Positions 18,136 through 28,569 are shown, counted from the stretch's first letter. The stretch is DNA of 64,000 nucleotides from a virus (IMGVR_UViG_3300021087_000857:32001-96000), one strand, 5' to 3'. The notes: generated by a model from the letters alone, not told the origin. Numbers and translations are program-made.

Positions 18136-18138
18136 ATA

Positions 18139-18167
18139 TTGACTATTATACAGAGTTGTATTATAAT
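18139..18167 (+). promoter_or_regulatory. Sigma70 promoter
   Basis: TTGACT, 17 nt spacer, TATAAT. Confidence 0.7.
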
Positions 18168-18231
18168 AGTAATATAAGTTATGCCAAAGAAGAAACAAAT
18201 TTTATCACCATTAGAAGAAGGAAGTGAAAAT

Positions 18232-19356
18232 ATGAAAACTGCGATAAGTGAATCAAGAACTGTAAAAATTAGTGAGGCAACTACCCTCATTACACGAGCT
18301 TTTAAAAAGAAGCGTCCTGTATTTTTATGGGGTCCTCCAGGAATTGGTAAATCAGAACTAGTTAAAGAAATTGGCGACTCGGGTGCATTAGGTAAAACTC
18401 ATGTAATTGATATGCGTCTTGCATTGTTTGAGCCTACTGATTTGCGAGGCTATCCTGTACCAAATGTTGAAACAGGTGTTATGCAATGGTTACCACCTGC
18501 AGATTTGCCAAGTAAAGAATTGGCTAAGAAGTATGATACAGTTATTGTATTCTTAGATGAAATGAACTCAGCGGCACCTAGTGTGCAGGCGGCGGGTTAC
18601 CAGTTAATCCTTAACAGACGTATTGGACAATACGAACTGCCAGACAATGTTGTAATGATTGCTGCAGGTAATAGGGAAACTGACAAAGGTGTTACTTACA
18701 GAATGCCTAAGCCACTTGAAAATCGTTTTGTTCACTTTGAACTTAGAGTTGATTTCCAAGATTGGTTGAACTGGGCAGTAATGCACGAAGTTAATCCTGA
18801 TGTAGTTGGTTACTTGTCATTTGCAAAAGGCGACTTATATAACTTTGATCCTCAATCAAGTTCAAGAGGATTTGCTACGCCAAGAGCTTGGACATTTACT
18901 TCAGAACTACTTGAAGGTGAAGACGACTTGTCAGATAGTTTACAAACTGATATGGTAGCAGGTTGTGTTGGCGAAGGTATTGCAGTTAAGTTTATGGCAC
19001 ATAGAAAGATTGCAGGAGACCTTCCTGTTCCAGAAGATGTGCTAGATGCTAAAGTTAAAAAGATTGATACTACTGAAGTATCGGCAATGTATGCATTGGC
19101 TACATCACTATGTTATGAACTACGTGATAGATTTATTACTGGTGAAAAAGCAGGTGCTGATAGCAAGCAGATGGAAAAGTACCACAAGAGCTTTTCAAAC
19201 TTTATCAGCTTTATGATGGATAACATGGAAACTGAAATGGTTGTTATGGCATCAAGAATTGCAATGCAACAATACAAGTTGGTTCCTAAGCAAAAGAAAA
19301 TTGAACGTTTTGAAGAATACTTTAACCGTTATGGACGTTTGGTACTTGACGCTTAA
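18232..19356 (+). CDS. MoxR/AAA_5-like AAA+ ATPase
   Basis: WGPPGIGKS (Walker A), FLDEMN (Walker B), AAGNR, NRF and TPRAW. Confidence 0.9.
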   Translation: MKTAISESRTVKISEATTLITRAFKKKRPVFLWGPPGIGKSELVKEIGDSGALGKTHVIDMRLALFEPTDLRGYPVPNVETGVMQWLPPADLPSKELAKKYDTVIVFLDEMNSAAPSVQAAGYQLILNRRIGQYELPDNVVMIAAGNRETDKGVTYRMPKPLENRFVHFELRVDFQDWLNWAVMHEVNPDVVGYLSFAKGDLYNFDPQSSSRGFATPRAWTFTSELLEGEDDLSDSLQTDMVAGCVGEGIAVKFMAHRKIAGDLPVPEDVLDAKVKKIDTTEVSAMYALATSLCYELRDRFITGEKAGADSKQMEKYHKSFSNFISFMMDNMETEMVVMASRIAMQQYKLVPKQKKIERFEEYFNRYGRLVLDA

Positions 19357-19376
19357 TTTAACAGTAGGAAAATAAA

Positions 19377-20549
19377 ATGAACAAAACAGCAGAAGAAAGA
19401 ATTACCCAGTCCAGAGTTAGGTTGCTATTAACTAAACCTTTCTTTGGGCAACTAGCGGTAAGATTAAAAATTGAAGATGCAAGTTCATATTTGCCTACTG
19501 CGGCAACAGATGGTAGAAGGTTTATGTTCAATAGAGAGTTTGTTGATTCTCTAAATGATGAGATGCTTGACTTTTTAGTAGGACATGAAGTATTGCATTG
19601 TGTGTTTGATCACATGCAGGCACGTGGTGATCGTAAGCCTCAACTATTTAATGCGGCGGCTGACTATAACATTAACATGACGCTTGTAGAACAAAACATA
19701 GGTAAGCCAATTACTGAAGATAAACTAGAAGGCGGCAAGATTTGTTTGGACTGGAAATATCAAGGTTGGAACAGTTATGAGATATATGATGACTTGCTAA
19801 AGACTCAGCAAGATGCTAAAGGCATGGATGTGCATATGGACGAAATACAACCCGGTGACGAAGATGGCGAAGGTGGTCAAGGTGTTGAAATGTCTGAAGA
19901 AGAAAAGAAAGCATTAGCAGACGAAATTAAGCAGGCTACTATCCAAGCGGCACAGGCGGCAGGTGAAGGTGTACCAGATGTAATTAAACGTATGATCAGT
20001 GAATTAGTTGCACCTAAAATGGATTGGAGAGACATACTAAGAACTCAATTAGAAAGTTCACTTAAAAATGATTTTACTTTTATGCGTCCTAGTAAAAGAA
20101 GTGGTGAAGTTATTTTTCCAGGTATGAACAAAGACGAAGAACTTAATATTGCAATTGGACTTGATACTTCAGGTAGTATTAGTCAAGATATGTTACGTGA
20201 TTTCCTTAGTGAAGTACAAGGCATTATGGATCAATATCAAAGTTACAATGTACATATCTTTCAATTTGATACAGATGTGTATGGTGCAGATGACTTTACT
20301 AGTGATGATGGTCGTACAATGGATGAATACCAACTTAAAGGTGGAGGTGGTACAGACTTTGATGTAGTGTTTAATTACTTAGAACAGTATAACATTGAAC
20401 CCGATCAACTTGTTATGTTCACAGACGGCTATCCTTGGGGTAGTTGGGGTAATGCAGATTACTGTGATACACTTTTTGTTATTCACGGTGATAAGCAAAA
20501 AAGAATTCAATCACCATTTGGAGTTACAGTACATTATGAAGCAGCTTAA
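19377..20549 (+). CDS. Metallopeptidase-vWA fusion (DUF2201-like), partner of the AAA ATPase
   Basis: TAATDG, HEVLH (HExxH), DTSGS (MIDAS), GGGGTDF and FTDG. Confidence 0.9.
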   Translation: MNKTAEERITQSRVRLLLTKPFFGQLAVRLKIEDASSYLPTAATDGRRFMFNREFVDSLNDEMLDFLVGHEVLHCVFDHMQARGDRKPQLFNAAADYNINMTLVEQNIGKPITEDKLEGGKICLDWKYQGWNSYEIYDDLLKTQQDAKGMDVHMDEIQPGDEDGEGGQGVEMSEEEKKALADEIKQATIQAAQAAGEGVPDVIKRMISELVAPKMDWRDILRTQLESSLKNDFTFMRPSKRSGEVIFPGMNKDEELNIAIGLDTSGSISQDMLRDFLSEVQGIMDQYQSYNVHIFQFDTDVYGADDFTSDDGRTMDEYQLKGGGGTDFDVVFNYLEQYNIEPDQLVMFTDGYPWGSWGNADYCDTLFVIHGDKQKRIQSPFGVTVHYEAA

Positions 20550-21687
20550 ACTATTAGCAATACTACTTTGTATGGCACTTCCTGCTCATGCAAAAGTTAA
20601 ATCTAACGATATTACTTTTCCAGGTAATTTTTATACAGATGATATAAAATCATGTGAAGCAGTACAACCTGTATCATTTACTAATAATAGAACTGTTAAT
20701 ATCATGGAAGGGTTAATTGGTTATGATTGGCATGCTGATCACTCAACAAATAGCAACTCACGTGATGTTCATCATCGAAATATAACTGTACCAATGAATA
20801 TGTTAATGGCGGCAACACATAAAGCACTTGGCAATAACATTCAGTCTGAAATAGAAAATGCTAAAAACTTGTTATTAGATTTAGCTAAAGCAGATACTTT
20901 GTACGATAGTATTGGCTATATTGAAGTAAAAAAGAAACCTGATTGCTATGCCGGTGGAGATGTAAATGCACCTTGTTGGTATCATGAATATGAATTTGCA
21001 AGAAATGTATTTTCAAATTACATGATTACTGCATTGTGGCTAAAAAATGAATTAAACGAACAAGAATTTAAACTTGTAAACAAGTATATCAAAAAGATGT
21101 ACAAAAAGTTTATAAAGCCAACAGAATTTAAAAGTCAAGAACAAGGTTTCTATGCTATGGCTAACGGTGGCACATCAGTATTAGTTTATGCATCTTGGAC
21201 AGATAATAAGAAACTTGCCGCAAAAGAAATAAATTTTAGATTTAAAGAAATGAACAGGCTATTTTATGAAGATGGTTATATCAATAATAATTCATTTAGA
21301 GGATATAGAGCTCAATGGTATCATTCTTATGGGTTAGACATTGCACTTGGTTATGTTTATATTGCTGAGTTATGGGGTGCAGAAGTACCAACTAAATTAC
21401 AAAACAAATTAGTTAAAGCATCTAAATTAGTTAATCTTGCAATAACTGATTGGGACAAGTTTAAAAGTAGAAAGTATATTGGTGAAAATCACAATGCACT
21501 TAATAATCCAGCAGATGCTATAAAACATACTCACCAATTTGCAATTGCAATAGATACACTAATGCTAGAAGTAACCAACGTAGAACTAGAGTACGATCCT
21601 AAATATCTTGGAAAAAGAAAGTATCAAATTACACAATCCTATGGAATAGATGAATTAATAGGATTTCCGTCAGGATGTATACAATGA
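20536..21687 (+). CDS. Secreted alginate-lyase-like (alpha/alpha barrel polysaccharide lyase) protein
   Basis: Signal peptide from 20536; RGYRAQWYHSY resembles the AlgL RxxRAxxYHNY motif; DGYI. Confidence 0.55.
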   Translation: MKQLKLLAILLCMALPAHAKVKSNDITFPGNFYTDDIKSCEAVQPVSFTNNRTVNIMEGLIGYDWHADHSTNSNSRDVHHRNITVPMNMLMAATHKALGNNIQSEIENAKNLLLDLAKADTLYDSIGYIEVKKKPDCYAGGDVNAPCWYHEYEFARNVFSNYMITALWLKNELNEQEFKLVNKYIKKMYKKFIKPTEFKSQEQGFYAMANGGTSVLVYASWTDNKKLAAKEINFRFKEMNRLFYEDGYINNNSFRGYRAQWYHSYGLDIALGYVYIAELWGAEVPTKLQNKLVKASKLVNLAITDWDKFKSRKYIGENHNALNNPADAIKHTHQFAIAIDTLMLEVTNVELEYDPKYLGKRKYQITQSYGIDELIGFPSGCIQ

Positions 21688-22028
21688 CAGCACCGTTATA
21701 TAAACTAGGACTAACACCTAAACTAGTAGACGAAGATACAATAGATATTAGCGAGTTTGATCCTAGGCAAAGAACAAATATTAGGTTATATGGATTGGAA
21801 TGTAAAGATTGGACTCCATTAATGATTAGTGATTATAAAAGAAAATGGGCATCGACTAGTACACCAGTAGTAGTGTTTGACTATGATGGTGCTCTAAAGT
21901 GGTGCAAAAAACATTTATATCATCATACTTTTAATGTTATAAAGTGGTCAAATCCAGACGATAGCCATACAGTACATTTTGAAAAAGAAGAAGATGCAAT
22001 GCTATTTAAATTAGCGTTTAGTGGTTGA
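21675..22028 (+). CDS. Hypothetical phage protein
   Basis: KWC...HTVHFEKEEDAMLFKL. Confidence 0.7.
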   Translation: MYTMTAPLYKLGLTPKLVDEDTIDISEFDPRQRTNIRLYGLECKDWTPLMISDYKRKWASTSTPVVVFDYDGALKWCKKHLYHHTFNVIKWSNPDDSHTVHFEKEEDAMLFKLAFSG

Positions 22029-22053
22029 CATAACCACTTTACTATCATATAAT
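22025..22053 (+). promoter_or_regulatory. Consensus sigma70 promoter
   Basis: TTGACA, 17 nt spacer, TATAAT. Confidence 0.75.
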
Positions 22054-22062
22054 AATACAATT

Positions 22063-22392
22063 ATGGGAATGGTTAAAAAAGTGAAAGAATCAGAGAATAA
22101 AATAAAATTAGTTAATAATGGCGGAAGCCTAAGTGAAACAGACTTGCAATTAATTGCAGGTACAGAATTAGTTATAAACATGATGAGAAATAGATTATGT
22201 GTGGTAACTAATAACAATGACATAGCCTGGCAAGATCTAATGATAGATGTACAGGGCTTATATCATATTAGACCGTTAGATAAGTCTAAAAGAGTATATC
22301 AGCTATGGTTTGAATCCAAGCAAGATATAGAGCAATTTAATAAGAATCTTTATGTTAGTAAGTTAAGCAATACCGCACACGAACCGGCATAA
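22063..22392 (+). CDS. Hypothetical protein
   Basis: Start moved downstream of the promoter. Confidence 0.65.
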   Translation: MGMVKKVKESENKIKLVNNGGSLSETDLQLIAGTELVINMMRNRLCVVTNNNDIAWQDLMIDVQGLYHIRPLDKSKRVYQLWFESKQDIEQFNKNLYVSKLSNTAHEPA

Positions 22393-22435
22393 ATAAACAT
22401 AGTAGTTAATTATATTCTACAACAAGGAGAAAACA

Positions 22436-22708
22436 ATGGCAGAAGAAGAAACAAAAACAGTTGAAGTCGAAGCGCCTAAAGATGCAGGCGAAATGGTAGG
22501 ACTAGCCCTACAAGATATCGTTCTTTCAGCTAACATTATTGACCTAGCAACACAACGTGGTGCTTTTAAGGCAGCAGAAGCAGGTCAAGTAGGTGCATGT
22601 TTTAACAAGTTAGTAGCTTTCATTAAAGCAAATACACCTAAACCAGAAGAAAAAGAAGAAGATAAAGCACCAGCAGATGCAGATGCAGACTCTTCTGATA
22701 ATTCCTAA
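22436..22708 (+). CDS. Hypothetical phage protein
   Basis: IIDLATQRGAFKAAE; SD AAGGAG; ATAAATA upstream. Confidence 0.8.
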   Translation: MAEEETKTVEVEAPKDAGEMVGLALQDIVLSANIIDLATQRGAFKAAEAGQVGACFNKLVAFIKANTPKPEEKEEDKAPADADADSSDNS

Positions 22709-22723
22709 CAAGGAGAAATAATT

Positions 22724-23350
22724 ATGAGTATGAACATAAAACACGTGGGTAAGACTCACACAGGAAAAAAATGTGTAGTGGTATTCAGAGAAGTACCAGA
22801 AGAGCCACATAACTGCTTAATCGTAGATACAGATGCACTTCCAGATTGGATGCATGATGATATCATGAATGCAGTAGAATCACCAGGCGCTCAACAAAGC
22901 AATGACTTTTATGAGTATGCAGAACGAACAGTTCTAACAGATGGTACTAATATGCTACAAGCATTGCACACCACAGGTAGACTACAAAAATTACCTACAG
23001 ATCAAATCACACTGACTCCAAACAATGAAGTAGCAGTTGGATTAACTGAGATTAATAATATTGTACGTGAAAATACTGGTGATAAAACAGTAGTTGCTCC
23101 ATCAACTGAACAGGTTGGTATGGCAGGAAAAGATACAGCACCTACTCCAGTAATGGAAAGTGCAAGTGCTCCTAGCAACAACGACGGTATTAGTGATACT
23201 GATTTAGCTAAACAATTCTTAGCACAAGCAAAAGGATACGAAACAGAAGCAAAGAGTTTAAAAGCTCAAGCATATGAATTAGCTCCTGGATTAAAGCCTG
23301 GGCCTAAGAAACCAGTTGCTAAAAAAGAATCTGAAGCAGTTTCAGAATAA
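22724..23350 (+). CDS. Hypothetical phage protein
   Basis: IKHVGK...VVFREVP; SD AAGGAG. Confidence 0.8.
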   Translation: MSMNIKHVGKTHTGKKCVVVFREVPEEPHNCLIVDTDALPDWMHDDIMNAVESPGAQQSNDFYEYAERTVLTDGTNMLQALHTTGRLQKLPTDQITLTPNNEVAVGLTEINNIVRENTGDKTVVAPSTEQVGMAGKDTAPTPVMESASAPSNNDGISDTDLAKQFLAQAKGYETEAKSLKAQAYELAPGLKPGPKKPVAKKESEAVSE

Positions 23351-23369
23351 TACTAATTAAGGGAATAAC

Positions 23370-23666
23370 ATGCCAATAGAACGAAAAGACAGGTCTTTCG
23401 ATCTGATCTTTGACCAAGTATCTATGGATCATGTTCCAGCTGAATATATCAAGGAAGTTAGAGTAGATCTAGGTACAGGTGAAAGAATAACACTAACAAA
23501 AGAAGATTTGCAGATGATTAAAAACAAGTCTGCAGATGAAATTATTAAAGCATTAACAGTAGACTCAATGTCTAATATCAGTTTAAAGTTAGATTACACT
23601 GCTATTAAATCAGATGTTATGCGAGGTGTCTCGGGCTTTTTAGGAAAACACTTTGACGACAAGTAA
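23370..23666 (+). CDS. Hypothetical phage protein
   Basis: ORF in operon. Confidence 0.75.
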   Translation: MPIERKDRSFDLIFDQVSMDHVPAEYIKEVRVDLGTGERITLTKEDLQMIKNKSADEIIKALTVDSMSNISLKLDYTAIKSDVMRGVSGFLGKHFDDK

Positions 23667-24357
23667 CATATGGTTTTGTGGAATACCAGGAAGTAGGTGG
23701 AGCGGTATCGATATACAGATGCGTTCCATTTTACCCTGTGATCGCACAGACGAAACTCCAGAAAGAACACAATATCACAGAGCGTTTGATCCAAACGATG
23801 CTAATAATGGTCATCGTGGTAGCTATTGGGGTCCTGGCATGGGATGTGGTAAAGACTGGGTAGACTTTAATTTTTTAACAAAAAACAAATTGCAAGATGA
23901 TATTAATAATGTATTCTCTGGTACAGGATATAGAATAATTAAGAGTCATTTTTTTGCAAGAAAATTTAACTTAGACTTTATATGGAATAACTTTCCAGGT
24001 GATCGTATAGTGCTAATATATAGAGAGCCTCAAAAAAGTTTTGCGTGGTGGAGTGAAGTAATGGATATGGCACCAGAACATTATCCAGACTATAGACCAG
24101 GATATACTGACTATAACACCATGCGTGAATTACTATGGAAAGAGTCTGCAATTATAACAGACTTTGCCATACGTAAAGGATTAACATTCAAACCTTACAG
24201 TACACATGAATTTTCCTCTTGGAAAGGTTTTGACCATGCTAGTGCATTTCAAATAGACTTTGAAAAGATAAATAATACTAAGCACAAAGATGTTTTTATA
24301 ACATCGTGTCAAATACCAAATCAAAGGAATAATGTTCATGACTTTCCAAAATCTTAA
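23653..24357 (+). CDS. Sulfotransferase/P-loop-fold protein
   Basis: CGIPGSRWSG N-terminal loop, IIKSHF and VLIYREP resemble the sulfotransferase layout. Confidence 0.5.
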   Translation: MTTSNIWFCGIPGSRWSGIDIQMRSILPCDRTDETPERTQYHRAFDPNDANNGHRGSYWGPGMGCGKDWVDFNFLTKNKLQDDINNVFSGTGYRIIKSHFFARKFNLDFIWNNFPGDRIVLIYREPQKSFAWWSEVMDMAPEHYPDYRPGYTDYNTMRELLWKESAIITDFAIRKGLTFKPYSTHEFSSWKGFDHASAFQIDFEKINNTKHKDVFITSCQIPNQRNNVHDFPKS

Positions 24358-24432
24358 GAACATACAGTATATTGATAAAATTAATACTGAACGTTATCTT
24401 GCGATTGGACAAAATAAAATATAGAGAATAAT

Positions 24433-25860
24433 ATGTCAGATAGTAAATTACCAAGCGATACTTTTTGTATACTTCCGTGGATACATTTAAGTACTAGACC
24501 AGATGGAAGTATGAGAGTATGTTGTACTGCTAACGCATCAAGTGTAGGAGCAACAAATGATAAAGCACACGGTGGAAGAGTAGGTATTGTTAAAACAGAA
24601 GATGGCAAGCCTGCTAACCTAAACAACAGTGATCTTAACAGTAGTTGGAATAACAGCTATATGCGAAGTGTTAGACAAATGATGCTTAAAGGCGATAAGC
24701 CAGCAAGTTGTTTAAAATGCTACAAAGAAGAAGATGCAGGACACAGATCAAAGCGTCAATGGGAAACAGACTATTGGATGCGTGATGGTATTGATGTTGA
24801 CGAACTAGTAGCTCAAACATACGAAGATGGATCAACAGATAGTAAACTACGTTATATTGATATTCGTATGGGAACTAAATGTCAATTAGGTTGTGTTATG
24901 TGTAGCCCACATGATAGTTCAGGTTGGGTGAAAGACTGGAACAAGTTATATCCAAATATTACAAATGAATCTCTAAAAGAAACTATGAATTGGGATTCTA
25001 AAGGTAAAACGTTTGGTGCTAGTTATAATTGGCACAAAGACAATCCAGTATTTTGGGATCAGTTTTATGCACAAATTCCATACATTAGACAGTTATACTT
25101 TGCAGGCGGCGAAAGTACAGTTATTGAAGAACATTATAGTATTTTATCTAAAGTTATTGAAATGGGGTATGCACATCAAATTGAAGTACGTTATAATTCA
25201 AACGGAATTGAACTACCAGATAGACTATTAGAACTATGGACACATTTCCAAAAAGTACGTTTCCATTATAGTATTGACAGTATTGGTGTAATGAATGATT
25301 ATATTCGTTACCCAAGTGAATGGGACCATCAACTTAAAATGTTTGAACGTTTAGATAAAGAAACATCTAACAATGTAGAAGTTACAATTGCATGTGCCGT
25401 TAACGCTCTTAACATTCATTATATTCCAGACTTCCTTAAATGGAAACTTCAGGATAGCGGACTAAAGAAAACAAATATGTGGCCATTTGGTGCAGGCGGT
25501 ATTAACTATCACTTTGTATACTGGCCAGGACATTTGAATGTTAAAGTACTACCAGATGAATTCTTAGATAAGACTGAAGCTAAGTATGAAGAATTTATTG
25601 AATGGTGGAAAGAAAATTGGGAACTAGGTGTTCCAAGTTGGCATAAAGGTAAAGTAACCAAAGAACAATGGCTAGATGCGAGTTATGGAATTAAACGTTT
25701 ACGTGGTATGATTAGTTTTGCTCGCAGTGAAGATTGGAGTAGACGCTTACCAGAATTTAGAGAATATATTAATAAACTAGATGAGTTACGTGGAACTGAT
25801 TTCCGCAATACATTTCCAGAAATGGCATACTTACTAGATGAACCGGAGAATGATAAATGA
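24433..25860 (+). CDS. N-terminal twitch-domain radical SAM protein
   Basis: FCILPW..RVCC..CLKC, then CQLGCVMC, AGGES and SIDS. Confidence 0.92.
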   Translation: MSDSKLPSDTFCILPWIHLSTRPDGSMRVCCTANASSVGATNDKAHGGRVGIVKTEDGKPANLNNSDLNSSWNNSYMRSVRQMMLKGDKPASCLKCYKEEDAGHRSKRQWETDYWMRDGIDVDELVAQTYEDGSTDSKLRYIDIRMGTKCQLGCVMCSPHDSSGWVKDWNKLYPNITNESLKETMNWDSKGKTFGASYNWHKDNPVFWDQFYAQIPYIRQLYFAGGESTVIEEHYSILSKVIEMGYAHQIEVRYNSNGIELPDRLLELWTHFQKVRFHYSIDSIGVMNDYIRYPSEWDHQLKMFERLDKETSNNVEVTIACAVNALNIHYIPDFLKWKLQDSGLKKTNMWPFGAGGINYHFVYWPGHLNVKVLPDEFLDKTEAKYEEFIEWWKENWELGVPSWHKGKVTKEQWLDASYGIKRLRGMISFARSEDWSRRLPEFREYINKLDELRGTDFRNTFPEMAYLLDEPENDK

Positions 25861-26432
25861 AATATTTATTAGTCGCACTTGAAAATGAAGTGCCAAATAT
25901 CGATTTACCCGATGATTATACACTAATGATTACAGGTGTAGGTAAAGTAAATGCTACTGTAATGGCTACTATTGCCGCTAGACAACCAGACTGTGAATGT
26001 ATTATTAACTACGGAACAGCAGGAACTTTTAATCCTAAACTAGTTGGTAAACTACACAGAATTGGAATAGTAAAACAACGCGATATGGATGCAAGACCAC
26101 AAGCACCATTAGGAACTACTCCATACGAAGATACAAAATTCAGCAGTGATTTGCAACTTTATAAAGGAAGTAAATTTACATTAAGCACAGGCGATAACTT
26201 TGTAAAAGCCAACCCCGAAATGCAAAGTGACTTTGTAGACATGGAAGGGTATGCTATTGCAAAAGTGGCAGGTATGTTTAATAAGCCATGTATGATGTTA
26301 AAATATGCAAGCGACTTAGCTGACGATAAAGCACCAGAAGAATGGGAAAAGAATCAAGCCAAAGGCAAAGATATGTTCCTAAAATGGCTAGATGATTTAG
26401 AAAAGAATATCCAAGAAATAAACGATGAGTAA
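25857..26432 (+). CDS. mtnN: MTA/SAH (5'-deoxyadenosine) nucleosidase
   Basis: TGVGKVNA, INYGTAG, STGDNFV, VDMEGYAIA and KYASD. Confidence 0.88.
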   Translation: MKYLLVALENEVPNIDLPDDYTLMITGVGKVNATVMATIAARQPDCECIINYGTAGTFNPKLVGKLHRIGIVKQRDMDARPQAPLGTTPYEDTKFSSDLQLYKGSKFTLSTGDNFVKANPEMQSDFVDMEGYAIAKVAGMFNKPCMMLKYASDLADDKAPEEWEKNQAKGKDMFLKWLDDLEKNIQEINDE

Positions 26433-27684
26433 TTCGGGCTTTTGTGCATTACCATTTGTTCAATATAGTACTTACAACGGAGGACGTTTTAGACTTTGTT
26501 GTATGGCTAAAGAACCTAAAGAACTAGTCAATCAAGAAGAACTAGGAATTGATGGCACTTGGAATCACAATTATATAAAAGACGTAAGACGCAGAATGAC
26601 TGCTGGTGAGAAATTATCAGAGTGTATTGAATGTCATCATTTAGAACGTAACGGAATAATGAGCTCACGCCAATGGGAAAATAAAGTGTGGGCAGACGTA
26701 ATAGATGATGTAGTAGCAGACGCATCAGCTAATGATTGGGAGATTGACCAGCCTCTACAATTTGATTTTAGACTTGGTAACTTATGTAATTTGCAGTGTC
26801 AAATGTGCAACAAAGAAGCATCTCACTTAGTGAGTGTGGAAAGAGCCACAATGGTACAAAGCGGACTCGGAGCGAACCATCCTGATTGGGACGGCAATAT
26901 TGCAAACAAAAAACAAGCATTACTTCAACCTGGAATAGAGTGGGAGAGCTTTGAAAGAATGTTACCATATGCTCGCAAAATAAAACTAATAGGTGGCGAG
27001 CCTACAGTTGCTCAAGACATGTTTAAATTGTTAGACATTGCAACTGCAAGTGGTCATGCAGAACATATAGAATTAAGTTTTTATACAAACATCACTAACA
27101 TGCAAGATAAATGGTTAGACCAACTATCTAAGTTTGAGAAAGTGATTGTTAACTGTTCATTGGAAGGAATGGAAGATATGAATGATTATCTTAGGCCTCC
27201 AAGTAAGTGGGCAAGTGTATGGAAGAACTTTGATAAGTTAGTTAAGTTCTCAGATACAAAAGAAGGTAAACGTATAAAGGTACGAGTTACTACAGTAAAC
27301 CAAATAACCAATGCATTGCATACTGCTACATTTTGGAAGTTTATGCATGATTATCAGATGACTAGTAATAGAGGCATTGGTATGAGTACTAACCAATTAG
27401 TAGAGCCAGCATACTATAGTATGGCACATGCTCCTGAATGGTTGAAAGAAGAACAACGTGAACAGATTTTGGAATTTCTCAAAAGCATTGGCAACAGTCC
27501 ACATTTTGAGCAATACGAAGAACCTCTTATGGAACTTGTTAATTTTAGTTTGGATCCTGAGCATAAGTATGATGCTGACATCATGCGCCAGTATGTCAAG
27601 ATCACCGAAAACTACGACAGATTCAGAGGACACGACATTATTCAAGTGTCGCCCGAATTTAGAAGAATTAAAAGAGACCTCTGA
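26425..27684 (+). CDS. N-terminal twitch-domain radical SAM protein
   Basis: FCALPF..LCC..CIEC; CNLQCQMC; GGEP. Confidence 0.92.
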   Translation: MSNSGFCALPFVQYSTYNGGRFRLCCMAKEPKELVNQEELGIDGTWNHNYIKDVRRRMTAGEKLSECIECHHLERNGIMSSRQWENKVWADVIDDVVADASANDWEIDQPLQFDFRLGNLCNLQCQMCNKEASHLVSVERATMVQSGLGANHPDWDGNIANKKQALLQPGIEWESFERMLPYARKIKLIGGEPTVAQDMFKLLDIATASGHAEHIELSFYTNITNMQDKWLDQLSKFEKVIVNCSLEGMEDMNDYLRPPSKWASVWKNFDKLVKFSDTKEGKRIKVRVTTVNQITNALHTATFWKFMHDYQMTSNRGIGMSTNQLVEPAYYSMAHAPEWLKEEQREQILEFLKSIGNSPHFEQYEEPLMELVNFSLDPEHKYDADIMRQYVKITENYDRFRGHDIIQVSPEFRRIKRDL

Positions 27685-27738
27685 TTTAACTAAAGCAGAA
27701 ACCTATCATCGATGGGATTGTAAAGTAACTGTAGACTT

Positions 27739-28569
27739 TTAAAACTTTTTAATACGTTCTGCCATACATAGCTCAGGCTTGAGCAAACTTTCATTTAATA
27801 TATCAGCTTCAAAGCATTGTAACTTTGTGCCAAATACAATTTGGTGAGTAATCCATTGTGCATTAAAGAACCAAATATCACCTGGATCAAAAGTAATATA
27901 ATGTAATGGGTGGTGAAACTGATCCCATTTTTCTTCATTCCATACACATCTATCACGCATTCCAGTAATAAATGTATGTATGTTGTTTTTATCTAGTTCA
28001 CCTAAGTTAAACTTATCTTTGTACATGTTATACATTTGTTGTAAGTCTGGACCACACGATAATACTCTAGGACGCTTTTTATCTAATTGAACAAACATAC
28101 GTATCTGTTGTTCTAGTCCAGTGTGTTGTTCATCTAGTTCGTCCAAGTGTAGTTTATTTTCTACTAGTGTATTATATCTATGACTAAGCATACGTTCACT
28201 TGTTTTGTAATGTGGGAATAACATATCAAATACTTCGTTCCATCCATTGTTAGCTTGTTTGTGTTTTTGATGAAATACATTAATTTGCTCGTCATTCCAA
28301 CCACGTTCTATATGCATACGTGATCTATTTTTAATATGACTGTTATACCAAGGCATAATCCATTTGTTATCTTTAATAGTCCAGTCTGGTAAGTCGTCAT
28401 AGTAATCATAATCTAATTGTGGTATAGTTAGATTTTTAATAACCACCGGCCAGCCACTTTCAAATGCTTCGTATAGTTTAAAATTGTCTTTTAGGTCGTG
28501 TTTATTAGCGTCGAAAACATTGACAATGAAGTCGTTTCCTGCTATAATATCTTTAGCGATACGGGTCAT
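27739..28569 (-). CDS. Kdo hydroxylase (KdoO)-like Fe(II)/2OG dioxygenase
   Basis: KLHLD, IRMFVQLD..RPRV, FDPGDIWFF...THQI; start set at MTR after GGAG. Confidence 0.65.
   Translation of the reverse strand: MTRIAKDIIAGNDFIVNVFDANKHDLKDNFKLYEAFESGWPVVIKNLTIPQLDYDYYDDLPDWTIKDNKWIMPWYNSHIKNRSRMHIERGWNDEQINVFHQKHKQANNGWNEVFDMLFPHYKTSERMLSHRYNTLVENKLHLDELDEQHTGLEQQIRMFVQLDKKRPRVLSCGPDLQQMYNMYKDKFNLGELDKNNIHTFITGMRDRCVWNEEKWDQFHHPLHYITFDPGDIWFFNAQWITHQIVFGTKLQCFEADILNESLLKPELCMAERIKKF

Noticed and set aside
20395-20535. Long N-terminal extension of the lyase-like ORF
   Set aside because: It overlaps the vWA gene, and a clear signal peptide begins at ATG 20536.
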